A stretch of DNA of 64,000 bases from Thermodesulfobacteriota bacterium (GTDB lineage: Bacteria; Desulfobacterota_D; UBA1144; Nemesobacterales; UBA2774), in assembly GCA_965216785.1 (NCBI GenBank), contig OZ244197.1:1216001-1280000 (forward strand), given 5' to 3'. How positions within the stretch are numbered: position 1 is the first letter of the stretch; each line of letters opens with the position of its first letter. Both the position numbers and the translations under genes were made by a program. Of the stretch, positions 8,435 to 18,508 are shown one piece after another. The notes under the pieces are model-generated. The model saw nothing but the letters and a program-made list of their open reading frames with translations. It had not been told where the DNA came from and did no database searches.

Positions 8435-9586
8435 CTATGCCATTTCTTCTTTTCCTGAAATCAGGCGGTCGAGTATTTCTTTTTGTATAACTTCGATATC
8501 ATCCCTTACTTTCGCAATATCTTCTGTAGATTTACCCCTTTCCTCACACTCCTCTACAAGATCATCTAGGTTTGCCCCGATCTGCTTTAACTTTGTCTGA
8601 GCCTCAATGTTTGCTTTTATGAGCATATCCTCGCTTTCCCATTCACGCTTTGAGTACTCATCCAGCTCCTTAGCCTGGATCAATAGCTCTCTTACCCTGT
8701 CTTTGTAGCCGTAAAGCGCTTGGTGAATGACGGATTGTATCTCTGTTATCTCCCCGGGCTCTCTCCATAGAACATTTTCGAAAAACCGTAGGTCATCCTC
8801 ACCGACCTCTTGTCTTCCGTCGAGATAAGCTTTTGCTTTAAGAAGGTCTACGGACTGTTTGAATCGTCTGTCTGAAGGAGTAATACCCTTTTTCGCAAGC
8901 TCTTTACGTATTCTCGCTGTGAGCTTAAGTATATTGGAGGGGACGCTGACACTCTGTGTGCCAAGCCTGCACTCCTCAAGCTCCTCGGGTGTTATTACCG
9001 ACTCCTCAGCTTGGGTTCCCTCTCCGTCCAGCATTTTAAGGAACCTGAAGTCTTCTTTTATATAGTCAACCACATATCGGAGTAAGAATCTGTCGTAGAG
9101 CGCCTCAAGCTCGTCTTCTTCACTTGGGAGTTCGTTACTTGCGCCGAATAGTGAAATGAGGGGGATTCGGAGCTTGTCTGAGCCGTTATAGTAAACTCTC
9201 TCGTTCATGATTGTAAGAAGTGTGTTCAGGATCGAAGAGCTTGCCTTAAACACTTCGTCCAAAAACGCGATATGCGCCTCGGGCAGCTTCCCCGTGATTA
9301 CCCTTCTGTACTCATCATTCTCTAAACCTTTCAGGCTCACGGCTCCGAAAAGCTCTTCAGGTGTTGTGAACTTTGTAAGCAGCCACTGAAAGTAACTTGC
9401 ACCCTGGATCCTGCCGCACAGCTCACTCACAATCTGAGACTTGGCTGTACCCGGAGGACCGACAAGGAGCAGGTGGTTCTGAGTTAGAAGCGCGCAGAAC
9501 GCGCCCTCTATTACCTGATCCCTTTCAAAGTATTTTGACTTTAACTCTTTTTCGATTTGCTTTAGTTTTTCTAGAGCTCTTTCCAT
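8435..9586 (-). CDS. RavA/MoxR-family AAA+ ATPase
   Basis: GPPGTAKS Walker A, FLDEVFKA Walker B, ASNELP, ALYDRF. Confidence 0.88.
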   Translation of the reverse strand: MERALEKLKQIEKELKSKYFERDQVIEGAFCALLTQNHLLLVGPPGTAKSQIVSELCGRIQGASYFQWLLTKFTTPEELFGAVSLKGLENDEYRRVITGKLPEAHIAFLDEVFKASSSILNTLLTIMNERVYYNGSDKLRIPLISLFGASNELPSEEDELEALYDRFLLRYVVDYIKEDFRFLKMLDGEGTQAEESVITPEELEECRLGTQSVSVPSNILKLTARIRKELAKKGITPSDRRFKQSVDLLKAKAYLDGRQEVGEDDLRFFENVLWREPGEITEIQSVIHQALYGYKDRVRELLIQAKELDEYSKREWESEDMLIKANIEAQTKLKQIGANLDDLVEECEERGKSTEDIAKVRDDIEVIQKEILDRLISGKEEMA

Positions 9587-10689
9587 GATATTATGTCCAC
9601 GACCTGTCTATTGTCTATATTGTTTTTTCTGAGAACAGCTTCAATGACTCTTTTGGTTGGATTATATTCTCCCAGGCTTCCTACAGCTTTTACAGAAAAG
9701 ACATCGCTCTTTCCGGAGCTATATGCAACTCCAACAAGACCCGCGCTGATTTCGGCCGTGGGGTCGGCGTCCTTTGCAACCTCTCTTGCTCTACCTTGAC
9801 CGATTATCGTGTGTTCCTCTCTTGCCGCTATGATGTCATCCGCTATCTGCTCGGCGATGTCGTCCGTAACTTCTATAGGCTCGCGGTTCTGCTCTTTATC
9901 ATCATCTTCAAGATCGAGCGCTGGCACGGTCGCGGCTTTTACGGCGGCCATTAGTACGACTTTTGGCGCAGTGGTGAAATTAATTTTTTTGTCTTTAGGA
10001 TAGATAGTCACAAAATCCTTTATCGTATTGTAGAATTCATCGTCCATTCCGTCAATCATACGAATCTCATTTAAACTGTCGAGAGGGCCGTCTTTTATGC
10101 CGTAGGGCTCTTGCAGACCAGAGTAAAAACCACTGTTTGCCCCTTGGGAGTCCTGGTCGTTCTCTGCTCCCGACAGAGGGGCATCAAGCCAATTGGTCAA
10201 GCTTGCTATAAACCGCTCGGACTTGCTCTCATCCACTTCGAGATAGGTAAAAAGCTCCTGGAGCTCGGTGAGTACCTGCTGGTCCACCCTGTTTGTAGAA
10301 GGATTTACTAGTGCGTTTAGGTTTATCTTTGCTCTCTCGTCGACAACCGTGACCGCTACCCCGCCCTCGCCAACCGGGAAATAGGGCACGTTTATGGCCC
10401 AGTAACCCTCAGAGTTGTCCGCACTAAGACTCAGGGTTGTTGAAACGTCCGTTAGCTCTTCCAGCGCTTGAGCTTTCATGGTGCCGGCAGCTACGTGAAT
10501 GCCGGATTTTGCTATATAGCGAGCCCTCATTTGATCTTTGGTATTGGCGGATATCTCGGTGTCAATATGGGTGAAATATATCATGTCTCCAACCACGATT
10601 GTCAGGATGGCTACAATGATTATCACCAGGACAAGCACAATACCTTTTTCAGACTCTTTTTTCTTAACTTGTTTAAGTTCGTACTTCAT
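9571..10689 (-). CDS. gspK: T2SS minor pseudopilin GspK
   Basis: G-IVLVLV prepilin-like N-terminus, DERAKINLNAL, KINFTTAP; cluster context. Confidence 0.88.
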   Translation of the reverse strand: MKYELKQVKKKESEKGIVLVLVIIIVAILTIVVGDMIYFTHIDTEISANTKDQMRARYIAKSGIHVAAGTMKAQALEELTDVSTTLSLSADNSEGYWAINVPYFPVGEGGVAVTVVDERAKINLNALVNPSTNRVDQQVLTELQELFTYLEVDESKSERFIASLTNWLDAPLSGAENDQDSQGANSGFYSGLQEPYGIKDGPLDSLNEIRMIDGMDDEFYNTIKDFVTIYPKDKKINFTTAPKVVLMAAVKAATVPALDLEDDDKEQNREPIEVTDDIAEQIADDIIAAREEHTIIGQGRAREVAKDADPTAEISAGLVGVAYSSGKSDVFSVKAVGSLGEYNPTKRVIEAVLRKNNIDNRQVVDIISWKEL

Positions 10690-10731
10690 ACCTTTTGTTT
10701 GCCTACGTAATTGCTTTTTATATTAGTATAG

Positions 10732-11421
10732 CTAATTTGTGTCTACGACCGGTATTACTACTAGTGAGTTAAACTCCAAGTCCTCTCCCCTGGGGCTTCT
10801 CATTATTAAGTTGATATTCACGGCATCCGGTAGTGACAGTGCAGTATTTGAATCCCACTCTAAAGTTATATCTTCAGCTTCGGGCTCAAGCCCCGGGCTG
10901 CCGATGTAACTTAGTGTAAACCCGACTACGCGCTCAGACAGAGGGTACTGAGTCCCCGCTCTATCAGTTCCCATTCTGGGGTTATCTCTTCTCATCAGGG
11001 CAAAAAGATCGGAATCTGCTATGGGCTCGACAAAGTAGCTGATCTCCGTTTGGTCCGACTCCCTTGCGTCCGGTGTCGGGGTCCTGGAGAGAGAAGTGAA
11101 TGTAAGAGTGCTGAAATTCCCTTCTTTCGAGCCTTCAAAATACCGGTAGACTGAATCCTGTGAATCTGAGGTTACAATTCCCCTCTCAAACGCGGTCGCA
11201 ATATCTGTTGTCATTTTCGACATTACCACTCTGGATTCATGATAGAGTTCGAGCTCCTGCTCGACCCTTTCCTTAGCCTTCATTACCTGAAAGAACGAGG
11301 CATAGAGAATAGTCAGAACAATAGAGCCGATGAATACTGCTACCAGTACCTCTATTAGGGTAAATCCTCTATCTGTAGTTTGATATCGCAGTCGCAACGG
11401 TAAACTCCCTCTGTCCTTCAT
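10732..11421 (-). CDS. gspJ: T2SS minor pseudopilin GspJ
   Basis: [10 protein letters not shown] methylation motif; position in cluster. Confidence 0.82.
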   Translation of the reverse strand: MKDRGSLPLRLRYQTTDRGFTLIEVLVAVFIGSIVLTILYASFFQVMKAKERVEQELELYHESRVVMSKMTTDIATAFERGIVTSDSQDSVYRYFEGSKEGNFSTLTFTSLSRTPTPDARESDQTEISYFVEPIADSDLFALMRRDNPRMGTDRAGTQYPLSERVVGFTLSYIGSPGLEPEAEDITLEWDSNTALSLPDAVNINLIMRSPRGEDLEFNSLVVIPVVDTN

Positions 11422-11728
11422 CCCAGGTTACAGTTAGCATCACTATCCTGATCTCAGTGCCCAGCTGCTCGATATTATATGGCAGCACGGTTAAGTACCA
11501 GCTGAAACCGGGGGACTCTTCAAACACTCCCTGCTCCTCTCCCTCTTCGGGATAACCGGATAGCTCGATTTCGCCCAATTTTTGCTGAGCCAGGGAGGAT
11601 GCGATGGATAGATTCTTCGAGCGTGAGGCCAGTATCAGGTTTTTGTTGACCGCTCCGAGCAAAATGGCAAGGGACGCTCCGAGTATCGCAACGGCAATAA
11701 TGACTTCAAGAAGGGAAAAGCCCCTCAT
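11369..11728 (-). CDS. gspI: T2SS minor pseudopilin GspI
   Basis: [15 protein letters not shown]; start may be 11728 or 11812. Confidence 0.8.
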   Translation of the reverse strand: MRGFSLLEVIIAVAILGASLAILLGAVNKNLILASRSKNLSIASSLAQQKLGEIELSGYPEEGEEQGVFEESPGFSWYLTVLPYNIEQLGTEIRIVMLTVTWDEGQREFTVATAISNYR

Positions 11729-11789
11729 CCCGGATGCAGCGCGCCCACTGACGGTATACTTGTGCGTGTTATTATGAACTTGAGTTTGA

Positions 11790-12305
11790 TTATTGCCTGA
11801 GGAGCTCGACATATTCGTTATATATCCTTGTGCCGCCGGTATAAGGTTTTGTTTCTAGAGTATAGTTTTTATCTTCGTCATCGGTTCTTAAATGGATCAC
11901 CGCGGGCTCTACGAATCCAGTAGGTAAGAAGAGTATGAATTCCTCGTCCTCGTCAAGAGCACTCCTTCCGACACTCCTCTCAGTAATAACGTCTTGGAAG
12001 TACACACCGCTTGGAAGCTTTCGCCTTCTGTGGTAGGGGTCTGTCGATTGTACGTATTCTCCATTATTCAGAGTCTCTATCCAGTACTCATTCTCCTCCA
12101 GATTGAAGGCGAGCTTATATATGTTTTTTTTGAACACCGCTTCGTTATAGAGATATTTTATGGTAGCCGTCAGGTTCCTTGAGGCGCTCTTGATATTTAT
12201 CTCAGTCCCGGTTTTGATTTTCGGGACAACGATCATAACAAAAGTTCCTACAATAAATATGACCACCAGAAGCTCTATAAGTGTAAAGCCCCGGTCTTTA
12301 TTCAT
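11790..12305 (-). CDS. gspH: T2SS minor pseudopilin GspH
   Basis: [10 protein letters not shown]; ILFLPTG; position after gspG. Confidence 0.8.
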   Translation of the reverse strand: MNKDRGFTLIELLVVIFIVGTFVMIVVPKIKTGTEINIKSASRNLTATIKYLYNEAVFKKNIYKLAFNLEENEYWIETLNNGEYVQSTDPYHRRRKLPSGVYFQDVITERSVGRSALDEDEEFILFLPTGFVEPAVIHLRTDDEDKNYTLETKPYTGGTRIYNEYVELLRQ

Positions 12306-12730
12306 CGTATAGTGCGGCTTGAGATGTCATCTTCGGTCTGCTCCACACCGTCTTCACCTAAAGATATTATCTCGTATGTGCCGTCACCCGTCTGGTCCGG
12401 GCCTATGTAAATGTATTCGCTCTTCCACCCATCGAGCGGTACCTGGTCGCCGTCAAGATATGCTTCCTTGGAGTAACAGCACGTTTCTCTTCCAACAGTG
12501 GGCATCTGTATTAGAGCGTCCAATCCCTGCTGAGTTTCCGGATAAAAACCATTGTCCAGCTTAAAGAGCTTTAATGCGCCCTCCAGGCTCTTGATCTGAA
12601 TCTTGGTTTGTTCTACTTTTGATTTATTGAAACTGCCCATAACATTTGTGCCTACTATATAGGCCAGTCCCGCTATGATCAGCAGAACCACCATTATTTC
12701 GATTAGCGTGAAACCGCCTTGTGCCTTCAT
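12302..12730 (-). CDS. gspG: T2SS major pseudopilin GspG
   Basis: GFTLIEIMVV, ALKLFKLDNGFYP..QQGLDALI, SLGEDG. Confidence 0.93.
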   Translation of the reverse strand: MKAQGGFTLIEIMVVLLIIAGLAYIVGTNVMGSFNKSKVEQTKIQIKSLEGALKLFKLDNGFYPETQQGLDALIQMPTVGRETCCYSKEAYLDGDQVPLDGWKSEYIYIGPDQTGDGTYEIISLGEDGVEQTEDDISSRTIR

Positions 12731-12745
12731 TTCAGTACTACCTCC

Positions 12746-13951
12746 TTAACCAATTGTTGATGTCAAATTAAATATGGGCAACAGCACAGCAAATACTATG
12801 AAGCCCATAATTGCGCCTATTATTACTATCATAACAGGCTCGAGCAGAGATGTCAGAGTCGAAACCATGGTCTCGACCTGCTGGTCGTAGATGTCGGCAA
12901 CCTTAACCAGCATCTCTTCCATTTCTCCCGTCTGCTCGCCGACCGCGATCATGCGGCTTACAAGCGGCGGGAATACGCCGCTGTCTCTTAGCGGCTGCGC
13001 AAGGCTCGCCCCTTCCCTTACGTTTGTCCTTACTTCTTCGAGAGTTCTGCAGTATACCTCGTTACCCATAACCGCCTCACCTATCTTAAGGGCTTCAAGG
13101 AGTGGAATGCCGCTCGAAAGCAGCGTCCCCAGTGTGCGTGTGAACCTGGATATAACAACCATTGTCGTGATCTTACCGAACACGGGAAGCTTAAGTGACA
13201 GGCGGTCAAAAAACATCTTTCCCCGTTCCGTTTTATAAAAGCGGAGAGCAGCCAGAACAACTACGGCTGTGAGTATAAGCATTAACAGTATATTGTTACT
13301 CAGGAATCCGCTTATATTGATAAGTATAACTGTCATCATGGGCAGGGCGCTATCACTCTCTTCAAATATTTTCCCGATTCTGGGTATTACGTAAGTCATT
13401 GTGAAAAATAGCACTCCACCGCCAATAACAAACATGAAGATTGGATAGATCAGTGCACCTCTAACACGAGAGGTTAGAGCAGCCTGCTTTTCCAGAAAAT
13501 CCGCAAGTCTCAAGAGAACAATGTCGAGAGTACCGCTTGCTTCACCGGCTCTTACTATATTTATGTAGAGGTCCGAGAATATATTCTGATGCTCACCCAG
13601 AGCGTTCGCCAGAGAGCTTCCCTCGCTTACTCTGTCTTTTACCTGTGTGAGTACCTGGCCGAGCCTCTTGTCCTCGGTTTGCTCGGAAAGCGCGGTGAGT
13701 GAGGCCTCCAGAGGCAGCCCCGCTGAAATCAAAGTGGAAAATTGTCTTGTGGTTACAGCAAGCTCCGAAATATTTACGCTTTTAAAAGGAATAATACTCC
13801 GTGCTCGCCCTTCTTTTACTTCGTTTAAGGATGAGAGAAAAACACCCTGACGTTTCAGCTTATCCGTAGCGCCTTTAGGTGAATCGGCGTCAATAACGCC
13901 TTGAACCGATTTTCCGGCCTCATCTATTGCTTTGTACTTATATACCGGCAT
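12746..13951 (-). CDS. gspF: T2SS inner-membrane platform protein GspF
   Basis: AGEASGTL, ALIYP, VGEQTG, LLEP. Confidence 0.93.
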   Translation of the reverse strand: MPVYKYKAIDEAGKSVQGVIDADSPKGATDKLKRQGVFLSSLNEVKEGRARSIIPFKSVNISELAVTTRQFSTLISAGLPLEASLTALSEQTEDKRLGQVLTQVKDRVSEGSSLANALGEHQNIFSDLYINIVRAGEASGTLDIVLLRLADFLEKQAALTSRVRGALIYPIFMFVIGGGVLFFTMTYVIPRIGKIFEESDSALPMMTVILINISGFLSNNILLMLILTAVVVLAALRFYKTERGKMFFDRLSLKLPVFGKITTMVVISRFTRTLGTLLSSGIPLLEALKIGEAVMGNEVYCRTLEEVRTNVREGASLAQPLRDSGVFPPLVSRMIAVGEQTGEMEEMLVKVADIYDQQVETMVSTLTSLLEPVMIVIIGAIMGFIVFAVLLPIFNLTSTIG

Positions 13952-14003
13952 ATTTTAGTGTGTTGATATTTTATATTAACCCATCTGTTATAGTTATTAT
14001 TGC

Positions 14004-15689
14004 TTAATCTTTAGCATTCTCTTCATCTGTCACGCGCATCACTTCATCTATGGAAGTCTGCCCTTTTAATACCTTGTCGGCTCCGTCCTGTCTGAGTGTG
14101 GTCATTCCGTGCTCGACAGCGTTTTTCTTTATCTGCCCAGAGTCTACATGACCCAGGGTTAAATTTCTGATTTCGTCGTCGATAAGAAGCATCTCGAATA
14201 TCGCCATTCTCCCGCTGTAGCCTGTGTCAAAGCACTTTTCACAGCCTTTAGCGCGGTAAAGTATACCGTCAACCAGATCTTCAGGCTTAAGACCAACCTG
14301 CAGCAGCTCGTCCAAATGGGGCTGATACGGCTCTTTGCAGGCGTTGCATAGAAAACGCAGGAGTCTCTGCGCGATTACCGCCATAAGGGCTGAAGCTACC
14401 AGGAACGGTTCGATTTCCATATCTATTAATCTTGTTATTGCGCTTGCTGAATCGTTTGTATGCAAAGTCGAGAAAACAAGGTGACCGGTAAGCGACGCGT
14501 GAATCGCTATGTCGGCGGTTTCTTTGTCACGAATCTCACCCACGAGTATTACGTCCGGGTCCTGACGCAGTATGGACCTGAGACCGTTTGCGAAGCTCAA
14601 ATTTACTTTAGGGTTAACCTGTATCTGATTAATTCCCTGTATCTGATATTCCACCGGGTCTTCAACTGTTATGATCTTTTTATCCGGAGAGTTAATTCTC
14701 TCAAGACCCGCGTATAGGGTGGTGGTCTTACCGCTACCAGTGGGTCCTGTTACGAGTACTATGCCATGAGGGCGATGAATCAGGGTTTCCACAGTATTGA
14801 GTTTTTCCCCATGCAGACCCAGGTCTTCAAGGCTCAATAGAACCGATGAGCGGTCGAGCAGCCTCATTACCACGCTCTCGCCCCAGGTGGTTGGCACGGT
14901 AGATATCCTGACGTCTACGTCCCTTCCTGCCACTTTTACTCTAATTCTCCCGTCCTGGGGTTTTCTCTTCTCCGCTATGTCGAGCTCTGCCATAATCTTA
15001 ACCCTTGAGATTATAGAAGCCTGGAGTCTTTTCGGAACAGAGGTGATCTCGTGAAGCAGCCCGTCCTTTCTAAACCTTACGGAAACTTCTTTTTCAAAGC
15101 ATTCAAGATGGATATCGCTCGCTTTTTCTTTTACCGCTTGAAAGAGAAGGGAGTTTACAAACCTGATTATAGGGGCTTCGTCTTCAGCCTCAAGTAGATC
15201 TTTAGGCTCGTGTAAATCGTATTCTGCAATTCCCGCTGTTTCATCTTCCTCGATCCCTTCGGTCATTTCCTTCCCGCGCTCATATATGCGGTTAATGCTG
15301 TTTATGACGACATGGTTTAGAGCCAGGACCGGCTCGATCTCACGGCCGAACAGAGATTTCATCTCATCAAGTGCGTAGAGATCCACGGGGGGCGCAAAAA
15401 CGATGACGACTTTATCGTCTTTTGTCTGATATGGGATAAGCCTGAATTTCTTGGCAAAGCTTATGGGGAGCGTCTTAATGAGCTCCTGGTCAATTTCTTT
15501 TTCAGAAATACTGAGCGTATAGGGAAAATCATAGAACTCTGATAGGATTTCTAGTACTTGCTCTTCTGTTAAAACTTCTGACTTGAGGAGAGTTTCTTCT
15601 AAGCTCTCACCGTTTTTCTGAAGCAGCTCGTCTATTTTGACGAGCGCGTCAGGATTTTTCTCGCTTATAATTTCTTGTATGCTTTTCAT
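14004..15689 (-). CDS. gspE: T2SS ATPase GspE
   Basis: GPTGSGKTTT, LRQDPDVILVGEIRD, TGHLVFSTLHTN, two CxxC. Confidence 0.95.
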   Translation of the reverse strand: MKSIQEIISEKNPDALVKIDELLQKNGESLEETLLKSEVLTEEQVLEILSEFYDFPYTLSISEKEIDQELIKTLPISFAKKFRLIPYQTKDDKVVIVFAPPVDLYALDEMKSLFGREIEPVLALNHVVINSINRIYERGKEMTEGIEEDETAGIAEYDLHEPKDLLEAEDEAPIIRFVNSLLFQAVKEKASDIHLECFEKEVSVRFRKDGLLHEITSVPKRLQASIISRVKIMAELDIAEKRKPQDGRIRVKVAGRDVDVRISTVPTTWGESVVMRLLDRSSVLLSLEDLGLHGEKLNTVETLIHRPHGIVLVTGPTGSGKTTTLYAGLERINSPDKKIITVEDPVEYQIQGINQIQVNPKVNLSFANGLRSILRQDPDVILVGEIRDKETADIAIHASLTGHLVFSTLHTNDSASAITRLIDMEIEPFLVASALMAVIAQRLLRFLCNACKEPYQPHLDELLQVGLKPEDLVDGILYRAKGCEKCFDTGYSGRMAIFEMLLIDDEIRNLTLGHVDSGQIKKNAVEHGMTTLRQDGADKVLKGQTSIDEVMRVTDEENAKD

Positions 15690-15704
15690 GATAGCCTGAG
15701 TGGA

Positions 15705-18407
15705 TCAATTGGGCTCTTCTCTATTAAAGCCCCTTTCCTGAAGAAGCATATTGCGTTTTTGTCGCTCTTCCAGTATACGCTGCATATCGAGCTGTGTCTC
15801 TACAATTCTTGGTGTGAGGAGGATCATCAGGTTGAGTTTCTGGCTCACCCTCTGCTTAAATTTAAACAGGTTGCCCAGAACAGGGATCCTGCCAAGTACC
15901 GGCACTCTGTTTTGCAATACACTCTCACGGTCCTGAACCAAACCTCCAATTACAATAGTCTGGCCGTTTTTCACAACCACTGAAGAATCTGCAGTCCTTG
16001 TAGTCGTAGCAATACCGAACTGTGCGGTGTTTAGCCCCGCTACAGGCTGCTCTCTTATGGCTGATACTTCTGTAAGAATATTCAAGTTAAGAAAATCTCC
16101 TTCGCTTATCTGGGGAGTTATGGCAAGTCTTATACCTACAGGCTCCCTCTGAATAGTCTGTACAGTTACGCCCCCGTCCCCTACGGTGCTGCCGGTCGGG
16201 AAAGGTATGACGTCTGCGACTATGATTTCGGCAGGCTCATTGTCAGTGGTTATGATGCTTGGCGTGGATAGCACATTTACGTCGGTCAGCGATGTAATCG
16301 CCTGAAATAGAGCTGTGAAAGAAGGTATGGGCGGTATCGGCCCAGAGCCGTCAGGATCGACCTCTTCCCCTACAACTCCAAGGAATAGCCCGGAGAGGCT
16401 TCCAAGCAGGTTTGCGGAGGCTTCAGGGTCGGCTGCCACTCCAAGCAGGCTTGGGACACCCGGAAGCACCGTACCTCCGAAGCCCAGTGTGCTGTCGTTT
16501 ACCGTAAACCCGATGCTCAGATTGGTGCCGAACGAGCGGAGCTTGTCCAGGCTTACTTCAAGTATTGCAGCTTCGACAAACACCTGCTTTCTTCTTATAT
16601 CTAGCTGATCAATTACCTCTTTTATCGTCTCGTAGTCCCTTCTTGATCCTATTACTATTACGGAGTTTGTGGCCGGGTCTGCCGTGATCCTGAGCTCGTC
16701 GGTCTCGGCTACTATGCTGGAAAGCCCTGCAGTGGTTTGACGTTGTATAGCCTGTCTTGATTGTAGAGTACCGGTGCCGCCGCCTATTCCTGTTTGTCCG
16801 CCTATACCCCCAAGACCTCTAGAGCCGGTTCTCTGAGCCCTCTCTGAGATGGTGCCTCTTCCGATTCCCCCTCCGCCTCCACCAAATAGAGCGGAAAGAA
16901 CGCCTACCAGCTGCTCCGCGTCCGCATTTAGCACTCTTATGACAAATATGCCGTCCTCAGGGATGTCCGTTTTCACATCCAGTATCTCAACCACCGCTTT
17001 AATCTTTGCCATGTCTTCAGGGTAGGCGATGATAATTAGTGAATTAGTCCGCTCATCGGTTATTACCTTAAACCCTACGGCTGAGGAATCGGCTGTAGAC
17101 TGAGAGGTAATCTGCGGCTGCTGTGTAGTTGTTTCTCTGGTTCTTCTCGTAGTGGAACGGCTTCTCTGGGCCGAGGTCTGACGCTGGGCTGTTCTCGTAG
17201 TACGTGCCGTAGATGTAGTGGAACCCCCGGTCCCGCCGAATATTTCAACAAGCTTTGTGGCGACTTCAGAGGCTTCGGCGTTTTCAATCTTAATGAATTC
17301 TATCTCAGTCTCAACGTCGAGATTCTCTATAATCTTCAGCACTCTGTTAAGATTATCCCCTGTTTCAATGATGATAAGCATATTCAGGGCCGGGTAAACC
17401 ACTATGTCACCCTCCCTGGATATAAGGGGCTTTAATATGTTTGCTGCGTCGTTGGCTTTGATGTTGTCCAGTTGGATGAGTCTCGTTATGAAACTATCTG
17501 AAGGCTCTCCATAATCGCTGCCGACTTCTGTAGGGATACTTTTAATCTTTATGTCCCTTTTCGGTACGATGATATTTGTGCCGTCTTTTTTAACTATAGA
17601 AAAACCGTTTAAGCTTAGAATTGTCTCAAAAAGCCTCATTGCGTTTTCCCGCTTAAAACCGCCCGGCGCTATGACAGTGATCTTTTTACCTTTCACCGAT
17701 TCGTCTAAAATGAAGTTTTCTGAAGTAATCTCGCTTATGGTTTGAATCAGGTCCTGTACGTCCATCTCGGCCTGGAGATTTACGATCTCGCCGTCTGTAA
17801 TAATTACCTCGGCCGGGGCGTCAGGTGATGTTGCCTCTGTTGTTTCAGGAGATGTTTCGGATTCTCCGTTTATCGCTTGTTGTCTTCTCTCCATCCGCTT
17901 TTGCTGAAGCTCCTCCCGCTTCTGCATCATCTCGCGGCGTCTTCTCTCACGCTCCGCCTTACGTTCTTCCTGAGCCCTCAGGTCCTCAGATGCCTGGTTG
18001 TCTTGAGCCTCACTACTCTCATTTTGATTTTCAACTACCTCATCCGCCTGAGCTAGCACAATATTACTTTTTAGAGAAGGATCGTTTCGCGGGGTTTGGA
18101 CTACGTTCTGAGGAATATCTATGTAGTCACCCGCGACTATTTCATTACCTCTTAGACCGTTTAGTTCCATAATATCGTTCACAGATACCTGAAACTTCTC
18201 CCCGATTGTTGAGAGGGAGTCACCGGTCTCTATTTTATAGCTGATGTCAGCGTTTGTGAGCCCGTTGGCAGATGCCGTCTCTTCAAGCTCTGTAGTTTGA
18301 GCGAAGTTCTCTTGTATGATTGTCTTGTTGTTATCTGTATTAATGTAAATGTAGAGGGTCAATAAAAAGCCAAGAATTAAAACGTTTATGAAAATTCCTT
18401 TTATCAT
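15705..18407 (-). CDS. gspD: T2SS secretin GspD with N-terminal LysM domain
   Basis: Secretin motifs (QVFVEAAILEV, STPSIITTDN, VPVLGRIPVLGNLF), N-domains with DERTNSLII and DPATNSVIV; LysM at aa ~57-99. Confidence 0.92.
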   Translation of the reverse strand: MIKGIFINVLILGFLLTLYIYINTDNNKTIIQENFAQTTELEETASANGLTNADISYKIETGDSLSTIGEKFQVSVNDIMELNGLRGNEIVAGDYIDIPQNVVQTPRNDPSLKSNIVLAQADEVVENQNESSEAQDNQASEDLRAQEERKAERERRRREMMQKREELQQKRMERRQQAINGESETSPETTEATSPDAPAEVIITDGEIVNLQAEMDVQDLIQTISEITSENFILDESVKGKKITVIAPGGFKRENAMRLFETILSLNGFSIVKKDGTNIIVPKRDIKIKSIPTEVGSDYGEPSDSFITRLIQLDNIKANDAANILKPLISREGDIVVYPALNMLIIIETGDNLNRVLKIIENLDVETEIEFIKIENAEASEVATKLVEIFGGTGGSTTSTARTTRTAQRQTSAQRSRSTTRRTRETTTQQPQITSQSTADSSAVGFKVITDERTNSLIIIAYPEDMAKIKAVVEILDVKTDIPEDGIFVIRVLNADAEQLVGVLSALFGGGGGGIGRGTISERAQRTGSRGLGGIGGQTGIGGGTGTLQSRQAIQRQTTAGLSSIVAETDELRITADPATNSVIVIGSRRDYETIKEVIDQLDIRRKQVFVEAAILEVSLDKLRSFGTNLSIGFTVNDSTLGFGGTVLPGVPSLLGVAADPEASANLLGSLSGLFLGVVGEEVDPDGSGPIPPIPSFTALFQAITSLTDVNVLSTPSIITTDNEPAEIIVADVIPFPTGSTVGDGGVTVQTIQREPVGIRLAITPQISEGDFLNLNILTEVSAIREQPVAGLNTAQFGIATTTRTADSSVVVKNGQTIVIGGLVQDRESVLQNRVPVLGRIPVLGNLFKFKQRVSQKLNLMILLTPRIVETQLDMQRILEERQKRNMLLQERGFNREEPN

Positions 18408-18508
18408 TTAAACCTCGCTTTGAGGGCGCTTGTAAGAACTCTAGTATTCAATAAGGTCTCTCACGCTTGGGTGAAAGTCAAGAATAACTTGCCTCTTAAA
18501 ATTGATAT

